Source: Octopus sinensis (Eukaryota). From it: DNA of 64,000 nucleotides. This document shows, one piece after another, positions 41,341 to 52,100 of the stretch (position 1 is the stretch's first letter; the number at the start of each line of letters is the position of its first letter). Under the pieces are notes generated by a model. That model had not been told where the DNA came from. It worked only from the letters and a program-made list of their open reading frames with translations, and ran no database searches. The stretch spans positions 32,922,001 to 32,986,000 of the forward strand of contig NC_043008.1 of NCBI RefSeq assembly GCF_006345805.1. Reading direction: 5' to 3'. The translations under genes and the position numbers were made by a program.

Positions 41341-44300
41341 TGGCTGTGAAGATGCATGGCTCAGTGGTTGGAGCGTCGATCTTACGATCATGCAGTTGTG
41401 AGCTTGAATCCCAGACTGGGCTGCATGTTGTGTTCTTGAGCAAGACACTTTATTTCATGTTGCTCCAGTTCACTCAGCTGTAGAAATGAGTTGTGGGATC
41501 ACATATGCCAAGCTGTATCGGCCTTTGCCTTTCCCTTGGATAACACTGGTGGCATGGAGAGAGGAGGCCGGTATGCATGGACGACTGCTGGCTTCTATAA
41601 ACAACCTTACCTGGACTTGTGCCTGGGAGGGTAACTTTCTAGGTGCAATCACATGGTCTGTGTCGTGACCAAAGGGGGTCTCAGATGTATAAGTGGTTAA
41701 TATGAATGTCCAGAGCAACATACTTAGAATAGTAAAAAGGCAAAGACTTCACAAATGTTTCATAATTCCATTCTAAATTCTACAGCTGTTTAAATGGTTA
41801 AAATGCTAACATCATCATTCATAAATTTACTTAATGTATAAAACTACATTTTTAATTTAACTGAGATGGATAACCATTCCTTCTTATTTACATAAATTAA
41901 GCATGTATTTTTATATATAAGTAATTAATTATATTATTGATGATATTTGTGTTTTATCTGTTAGAATAAAATTACAAAGCATCTGTGAAATTTTCACTTT
42001 TTAACCACTTTCACTCTCTTTCACTGACTGTCCATTTCTCTCTCACTTTCTCTCTCCCTATGTATATATACTTGATATATGTATTTTTCTGTATATTTTA
42101 GCAATGTTCCAGTTAGCTTTTTAGTGATACCAATTATAAAATATTGTCCAGACATTACTATTAGACAAGCTTCTCTCTTTAGTGTTTTAGAAGATGACCT
42201 TTAAGCCAAGTATTGAGAAGAAGACCCATCAAACCAAGTAAAATTACAGTCGTGGCAGATACTGGTGTCAAGCTGGTGGCACATCAAAGCACCCAATACA
42301 CTCTCAGAGTGGTTGGCATTAGGAAGGACATCCAGCCATAGAAACCATGCCAAATCAGACTGGAGTTTGGTGCAGTCTTCCAGCTTGCCAGCCCTGGTCA
42401 AACCATCTAAGCCATGACAGCATGGACAATGGACATTGAACGATGATGATGATAATGATGATGATAATGATGATATATATAGTAAAGTTCTTTTATTTTC
42501 TTGAAGCTGATGATTCACTCAATCACTACTTTGAGTTTGTTCAATTTATGAAAGATGCATTGAATGCACGTGTGTGTGTGTGTGTATGCGCACACATGCA
42601 TGTAATTTCATTTATTCATGTACAGGCATATTTTATTTCTTTGTTCTGTCTTCCTTTGAAATTTGTCTCATCATATAGCGAAGCAATGATATTGTAGTAC
42701 AGAATTCAACCAGTGCTGATGCCATCCCAAACTGTCACCAGAAGAAATCACCAAAATCAACGGATAGCATCAACCTTGGCACTGGTTTGGTTTCTGTCGA
42801 TTATGAAACGCGTGAAAGTTCTGCAAAAGCAGGAGTAGATTTCCGACCAATCACTGGAACATTGGTAAGTCTGAAATTATAGTTTTTTTTTTGTCTGTTT
42901 GTTTTTTGAAATAGTTAGCTCTCTAACTGCTAAATTAAATTTCATGGTTATTTCAGTAACGATGTTAAATATTGTGGATGTATTTGATTTCTGCAACAAA
43001 GGAATTCATTTATTTTATTTATATTGGAAATACTTTAAACTCATGACCATAAACTACCAAATCATTCATCAATGTGCCTTCCCTTGAGCCCTTTGTGGTT
43101 GGTTGATCATCTAGAAATGGTAGCGGAATTTCTATCTAAAAGAAGAAAATATTGGAGAATATATTCCTACACACACTATGGTTTGATAAAAAACATAATA
43201 ATCATGACTAGCTTACCTTTGATCATAGGTCCAACCCATCAGAAGTTTAACCTATCACTCAGCCAATCAAGGGTGCATCCCACTGATTATTTTTGTTTAC
43301 TTCTAGAACATCAGCCCCACATCAAACCTTCATACTAACCTAGAGCTAAGTGAGAACAATATTTATTTATACCAGGCTGATGTTTTTCTACATTTGATTA
43401 TTTTTAATGAAGGACTTAGTACAGTAGGCCTGACTTATGCAGACACTGAAACATTCTTGGTTCCCTTACCAAGAAATCAGCCAGGAGAGTTTCAGTATTT
43501 CTCCTAAATGCCAGAGACAGGACATAAACTCAACTCTTTAAACTGGGATCCTGATATTTATACAATTTTCACAACCCTTTAACCATTAGAAGAGTACCTA
43601 CAGTCACAGTTGCATTAAACAACTCTCATATATTACACACAATTTTCATCCTTCCATAACTCATGTCGTCTATTAAATCACATATTGAACAAAGCCACAA
43701 CCCCTCTCAGGCCGATCCTATTGGTTCTTCATTAATATTTTTATAAATAATTCAACTCCAACACCTTTATTACAATAGCTGCTCACATTTTCAATATCTC
43801 TAACTTGTTTACAGATGACAAATATCTGCTTTAAACAAATATGTGTGTGTGAGAGAGAGAGAGAAACAGACAGACAGACAGACAGATAGACAGAGGTGGA
43901 GGGATGAGAGAGAATATTTGAAGTTATAATAGATTTTAAACAGTAAATGTGAGATACTATAAAATTCAATAAAGATTTACATTAACATAGACTACAAAAC
44001 AATTTACATTTTTAGTAATCTGAATGAAACAAATCTGAATTATTTTCTTTAACAGGTATTTCGTGAAGATGAATACAGAAAGCAGATAAGTGTAGATATT
44101 CTCAGTGATGGATATACCACCAACACAATTGATTTCTTCCTGATACTAAAGAATCCTTCTGGCAATGCAGGTCTCGGGGATCCTTCTGTGGCTCATATCG
44201 TCGTTATTGGTCGACATGGTAAGAATGTTATGATTTATTTAAATATTAATCTGCATTTATTTCTTTTTATCATTCTCCAAATTTTTGCCTTTCGTAATGA

Positions 44301-46695
44301 TGGCTTCTTAGTGCTACTTTGTCAGTCCCACTTGACATTGCAGTGAGAATGGCCAATTAAAAATGAGGACAGAGATGTCTCATTCTCAGTAGCATCAATA
44401 CTAGGGATCAACAAGGTGGGATACTCATAGACTATAGAGACACCTTCCTCCTCTAGTACAAAGCTGGTTAAATGCTCTGAGCTGTAATTCCAACCAACTG
44501 AATAGACCTAAAGAAAAGGGGAAACCATTGGTGAGATTAGAATGAGCAAGAAGGAGCAAGAAAATAATTATAATAAATGGGACCAGATTAAATTAAAGCC
44601 TAATTATTTCATATGCACAGCATTTCTGCAGATGGGGAACCTGAACTTTTTTTAATAATCTTTCCCCATCCTCTCAATATCAGGTTTCCTGGGCTGGTGT
44701 TGAATTAAATATTGGTGAAACTTCCCTTCAAGTACCAGACTTGATAACTCTGATGGTGCCTATCTCCTTCCTAGGAAGTAGATAGACACCATCAGTTCTG
44801 AATTCAAAACTTACTTTGATCAACTTTGCCTTTCATTCCTCCAGGACTGGTAAAACAATATACCAGCATGAGGGTCAATGATTCTTTATATTCTGAATTT
44901 AAATGCTGCTGTGGCCAACCACCTTTCATCCTTTCCAGGTTAATGAAATAAGGTATTGGTGTTGTTGTAATCACTTAAAATTTCTGGCCTTATGTCAGAT
45001 TTTGAAACCATTGTTATGATTTTTTAAATTCTTTTATTTATTAGAGCCAGGAGAATTCTTGTTTGAATCAGCATATTGCCATGCAGATATGAAAAAAGGG
45101 AGTGTTACAGCAATTGTTCATCGTGAAGGTGGTTTTGACAGCACTGTCTCAGTGCAGTATCAAACGATGTAAGTTGTTAAATGCTAATATATTATAAATT
45201 AAGCCTTAAAAACCATTTCTTTATTTTTTAATAATGTCCTAATCATAAAATTTTATTTAATCGTTATTTCCATTTTAATGCTGTTGATGCTGTGGCAGTT
45301 ATTGTTTATCAATCAGGTCAGATTTTAAGAACTTGACCTATGATCAAAAGCAATCCTTTACTTTCCTACCAGATGTATTCCTAATAGGTGGGTATGGTAT
45401 AGTATGGTGATTGAAGTGTTGAATCTTGAATAATTGGATAGGAAAATGATAAAGATCCCTCCCAAGTATTATAGCCTCATAGGGTCAGTTTCCCAGTTTC
45501 TGTGTGGCATATATATTCCCCACGTCGACATGATGTCAGCCCATCACAGGATTACTTGTTTTTGCCAGCTGAGTGCACAGGAGCAACATGAAATGAAGTG
45601 TTTTGCTCAAGAACATAATGTGTCACCTGGTCCAAGAATTGAAACTACGACCTTATGATCATGAGTCCAACACCCTAACCACTAAGCCACACACCTCTAC
45701 TGAATAATTGAATTATATACTAATTAATGTCTACTGTTCTTCAAGAGGCTAAAAATATGCTAATGTACAATTGTTGATTCCTTTAGCTATACATGAATTA
45801 GGGAGCTTGTTTCCATGATAGTTGCTAGGTTTCTCTAGATCATGATACTCCAAACATTAGGAGAAATTCACATGAATCAATTTATATGCCTCTGCAGAAA
45901 TATTGCAAGCTTGTATTATTGTGGTTTTGGCCATGGAATTACCAATAGTGTGATTATATGTAGAGGTGTGTGCATCATTGTCAAAGTTGACATTGATGCA
46001 TTAATCACGGCATGAGATAAAGCTGGTTGTGTATATTACAACAAATGCAAACCCACAAACATTTAACAACCAATTTTATTAAGAGAAGGCTAAGCATGTC
46101 TGCATACATAAATTATCAAATCCTCACTGGTAATGAAACTAGACTGTAGAGATCAACTTAACTGTATTTATTTGGTCATTAGTTATCTCGAAAGTCAGCC
46201 GAAATTTGTTAAAGTATTTTTTCTTGATTGCTTAGTGACAGTTATCAACAGTGATGTGGAATGACTTGGGCACCAAGATGCTTAACTAGTGAAAAAGGGT
46301 ATGAATCTCGACATTTGAGATGATTTTCATGAAATGACTTCAGACTAACTGGTCTATTTTTAGGTTGTTCACATAAATTTGGTATGGTTCATTTATGACA
46401 GTAAACTAGCAATTTTATGTTTGAGGTTCAAATCCCAACAAAAACATTTCTTTAACAAATTTTCCTATGAAATGAAATAAAATAAAATAAAGTAAAATAT
46501 TTACATTTCTACATTTAAGCATAAATATTATTCTTTATTTTACTTTATTTTGGTGTATATTATTTCATTCCATTCCATTTCATTTCATTTCTTCGGAAAT
46601 TTGAAAACTTTCTGAACCTGTATATAAATAAACTAAAGAACAATAACTTTATTATCACCAATATACTATTCTATACACCACCAAAAAAGTATTAT

Positions 46696-46765
<70 letters not shown>

Positions 46766-48211
46766 GTTCAAGTATCATGATAGCATGAAACTATTAATAG
46801 CTCTTTCAAATGTGCATTTAAATTGATATTTATTTCTCATTGGATGGACTTTTATTGTTGATTCTACCTCTATTGGATCTTTGCGTGCGTGTGTGTGTAA
46901 ATGCTTATTGGCAAAGTCATTAGAGTGTTGGACCAACTGCTTCATGGTATTTCTTCTAACTCCCTGCAAGTTGAATCCAAGTACCACCAAAGACAACTTG
47001 GCCTTTCATCCTTTTAGATTCTTCAAGCCAAGCCAACTGGCAGGAGACCAAGAGATAAATCAAGAAGAAAATGGATAAATAACATTCATAGTATCAGTTA
47101 GTCATGCTTAGGAATCCAGTCTGAGAGTCTAATGATGGTTACTTCTGACAGTATTCTATGGAGGAGGTGCTGGAGGATTGTACACACCCCTCCTACAAAC
47201 CACAGGACTAGTACAAGGAGAATATTGATGGATGGGATTAATGAATAAAGTATCATCTTTAGCAGATGGTTGTTAGACAGGATGCTTTACTGTGTATCTC
47301 TTCCATGTGTCCTGAATTCAGATTCCACCTCCTGTCACTGGATTAAAAAAAAACACAACACTTGTACAGTTGCAGCTGACAGATAGTATCAGCAAAGACA
47401 AAAAGCCAATTGAAACATAGTTTCTAAGGTTCAACTAGAAGATCAGTTACCACCATAAATGCAAATAAAGACATATCCTTCATATCAATCAAAAAATTAT
47501 TCGTGTCTCTTGTAAACATAAAGAATAAAGCATTTTTAGTTCTAAATAATATTCTAGTTAATGGCAAGATTACTATATTTTTTGACCCAAGAGCACAACA
47601 GATGCCCAGCAGCTTCTGTGATTGATATTGATGTACTTCTGTTATATTAATAGTTGTGTCTATAATAAATTTGAAATCACATAGGAAGATATAACTTCAT
47701 ACAAAATACATAAAGTACATTTAAACAACCAATTTATAGTTTTATCTAATGTTAAGTAATTTAATATATATGTTCCCAACCGTGATTCCATTACTAATTT
47801 TTTTTTCCTTCGTTCATTTTTATGACTGATAATGGGAGAATATCAACGATAGTCAATATATTTGATAGCTCTGTATGTATGGATGCAAATACATGAATAT
47901 GTATGAACACGCACACACATATACATGTTTATATGTGTATATATCTATGTATGTATATGCATATGTGTGTGTGTATACACACACAGGCGGCGAGCTGGCA
48001 GAAACGTTTGCACGCTGGGCGAAATGCATAACCGTATTTCGCCTGTCGTTACATTCTGAGTTCAAATTTCACTGAGGTCGACTTTGCCTCTCATCCTTTC
48101 AGGGTCGATAAATTATGTACCAGTTACGCACTGGGGTCAATGTAATCGACTTAATCCGTTCGTCTGTCCTTGTTTGTCCCCTCTGTATTTAGCCCCTTGT
48201 GGGTAGTAAAG

Positions 48212-48247
<36 letters not shown>

Positions 48248-48591
48248 CAGGAGTGGCTATGTGGTAAGAAGCTTGCTTACCGACCCCATGGTTCCAGGTT
48301 CAGTTCCACTGTATGACACCTTGGACAAGTATCTTCTACTATAGCCTAGGCAGACCAAAGCCTTGTGAGTAGGTTTGGTAGATAGAAATTGAAAGTAGCC
48401 CATCATATATATATATAATATATATATATATATATAGTGCAGGAGTGGCTATGTGGTAAGAAGCTTGCTTACCGACCCCATGGTTCCAGGTTCAGTTCCA
48501 CTGTATGACACCTTGGACAAGTATCTTCTACTATAGCCTAGGCAGACCAAAGCCTTGTGAGTAGGTTTGGTAGATAGAAATTGAAAGTAGC

Positions 48592-48628
<37 letters not shown>

Positions 48629-49127
48629 CGGGAAGCTTTATGAAAATAGACAAAAGACGAAGGCAGGTGGAAAACAAACAAACAATTGTATTAGTATGGC
48701 GCTCAGGAAATATAAATAAAACAAGTCTTTAACGTTTCGAGCCTACGCTCTTCAACAGAAAGATACACAGAGAGAAAAAAAACACAGAAAGAAGAAGAGA
48801 AAAAAAGGAGAGAAAAAAAAAGGAGAGAAAAAAATATATATATATTATATATCTTTGTATGTATGTTTATATGTCTATATTATACTAGTCTACAGCAATT
48901 TGGCTTTTATGAAGGTGTACATGGTTTTAGGGTAATATGAGGACTTTGCTCATTTGACACTAGAAGCCACAAATACAAAACTACCCATTTCGACATTTCA
49001 TGAAAATGACAGACGGTTTGTCCAACAACATTCTGTTTGCATAAACTGAAGTAACATTACAAGACTTTTTAAATGTGTACAAAATGGCATTTTTATGAAG
49101 TACCATCTTATCAGCTGTAATCAATTC

Positions 49128-49166
<39 letters not shown>

Positions 49167-52100
49167 GGGATGAATCCATCCTAGTACATCCCAAAGCTAA
49201 CTTCAGAATTTGAATTCAAAGCATAGAGTGCTGAAGCAAAATTCTGTCTGAAGACTTAAAGACTCGGCTAATTCACTGCATCCTTTTTAGGGTATCTATG
49301 GCAATATTATCTGATATGTTTTCTTTCAAGACAGTAGTGTGTAATTTGAGAGAAACTTGATTGCTGTTTCTAGCAAATCAAACAAACAGAAAGAGGCTTC
49401 ATGATTAGCATTTTTTGTGATCTAGATCTGATTCTGGGCTGCAGTCATTCCACCTCATTTATGCTATTAATTTAATACTCCCAAGGTTACTAGTTGAGTG
49501 GTTACAGTGGCAGACAAAATGCTGTATTCTTTATGCTCTGAGTTCAAATCCCACTGAGGCCACCTTTGCCTTTTATCTTTCCAAGGTCAATAAAATAAAG
49601 TACCAACCAAATATTGTGACTACTGGTACTAATTAACCCCCTCCCCTCAAAATTTATGGGAGACCATTAATTAGTACTCCCAGAAAATATCAACTATGAT
49701 GCAATAGGAGTATTTATTCATTTAAACCATTCTAAAACCTTTCTTTTAACAGGGACGGTACAGCATGTGGAGGCAATGAGTTGGGTTCAGGAGTTGATTA
49801 CATTGCAACTAAGGATGTTTTGACATTTGCTGATGGAGAAATAACAAAAGCTATCACTATCGATGTCAATATGGATGTGAAGGTAAAGGAACATATTCTG
49901 CATTTGATTGTTTAATTGATTTATTGTTCAGTTCTATATTTAAGAGTGGAGGCACGTGGCTTAGTGGTTAGGGTGTCAGCACCATGATCGTAAGATTGTG
50001 GTTTTGATTCCTGGAACAGGCGACGCGTTGTGTTCTTGAGCAAAACACTTCATTTCACATTGCTCCAGTCCACTCAGTGGCAAAAATGAGTAACGCTGTG
50101 ATGGACTGGCATTCCATCCAGCTGGGGAACACATACACCATTGAAACCGGGAAACCAGGCCCATGAGCCTGGCTAGGCTTTAAAAGGGCTCATTTGCAGA
50201 TATTTGCTATATTTAAGAGATGAGGAATTATGTACCTTATTTACATTATTTATATTTGATGGATATTTGTCCTCATCTTGTTTGTTGTTAACACAACGTT
50301 TCAGCTGATATACCCTCCAGCCTTCATCAGGTGTCTTTGGGGATATTTCAAACCTGGGTTCTCATTCCTAAGGTATTTTTTGATGTTATTATTATTATTA
50401 TTCAGGTCACTGCTTGTAATTAAACTTGGAATCTTGGGGTTAGTAGCCCATGCATTTAACCACTACGCCATACGCCCAGATTCAAAATTTTCCCAAGACA
50501 CCTGATGAAGGCTGGAGAGTATATCAGCCGAAAAGTTTTGTTAACAGCAAACAAGATGAGAACAAATATCCATCAAATGTAAATAATGTAAATAATGTGA
50601 TTTATTGTTGTTGTTGTTTTTCCTCTCATCATCATCAGGGCAACTCAAATCAAGTAGATTTATGATTAAAATTATTCTATCTGTAACCACCCTGTCTTTT
50701 ACTTATGTAAAAACTAAAGGAAACATTATCTAATGTGGATCTCAACCATTTTCTAGTAATGGACCTCCATTGATTACATTTTTAATTGTGTGGACCCTCA
50801 TAGCCATTCAGTGTTTAAAAAAATCCTATTGTATTTTTATAATCATATATTATTGGGAATTGTATTTAAAAATTGTTAAAATATTTTGTGTATTGTAGAA
50901 GTTAATTGCATATAAATTTTAGCAAATTTTATATGGACCCTCAAAGGTCATGTGGACTCCATTTGAGCACCACTGCCCTTGGGTGAGATTTGAGGAAGAC
51001 AGTTGCCATTTCTAGCTGGTCAAGTGAAATTATTGTTGTTATTATTGGTGGTGTTGGTGATGGTGGTGGCGGTGGTGGTGGCGGTGGTGGTGGCGGTTAC
51101 AGTGGTGGTAGTAGTGGCGGTGGTGATGGTGGCAGTGGTGGCAGTGGTGGCAGCAGTGGTGGTGGTGGTGGCGGTGGTGGCAGCTGTGGTGGTAGCTGTG
51201 GTGGTGGTGGTGGTGGTGACATTGCTTGTTTAATCCCAGATCAAACCTGATTGAGCAGACAGACCCATGAACAAGGTAATTTCAATCATAGATGCCTTGT
51301 CCATTATTTTTTTTTTTTAAATCATAGTGTATCTAAGACTACATCATCCCACTGAAAGAGTAATATCTCTAAGCCAGTCAAGAGATAATGTAGAAGCTCT
51401 TCATAGTTCCATGTTGCAGTTATTTATGGTTAATATTAATGTTGCTCAGCATGGCCTTCAGCCCTCAACCCTGTTGGAGTCATCTTGTACATTTTTAGAC
51501 ATGATGGAACCACCCCTCTTCCAGAAAGACAGACAAACAGAAATAATAATTGTATATGTACATGACTAATACTTAATTTGTCGACCCTAAAAGGATATAA
51601 GGTAGAGTTGACATAAACATTATTTGAACTCAGAGCACAGAGAGCTGGAATCAATACCACAAGACAATTTGTCTAATGTTCTAGCAACTCAGCCAACTTG
51701 CTGTTTTATTAATAATTTTATAGCACATATATATATATATACGTATATATATATACATATATAATATATATAGGTGCAGGAGTGGTTGTTTGGAAAGAAA
51801 CTTGCTTCTCAGTCACACAGTTCCAGGTTCAGTCCCACTGTGTGGGACCTTGGGCAAGTGCCTCATCTTCTGACACCTAATAAAAAGTGCACCAGGCTGA
51901 TCACATTACTGCAAAATCTGACATTGTTTCAGGCAGACAAAGCTAATTTCCTTGAACATTTCCTAATGTTCATCATTTTCAGTTAAAGACAAAGAGACAA
52001 TCCATGCAGTGGAACACTCCTCCTCACTGACTCCAAAGAAAGCCAAGGTCATTTCATGTGCAGGGAATGTGATGGCCTCAGTTTTTTAGGATGCAAAAGG

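Noticed and set aside
50990-51250. Gly-rich and Val/Ala-rich ORFs
   Set aside because: (GGT/GGC)n repeat inside an intron, with no usable splice sites in phase.
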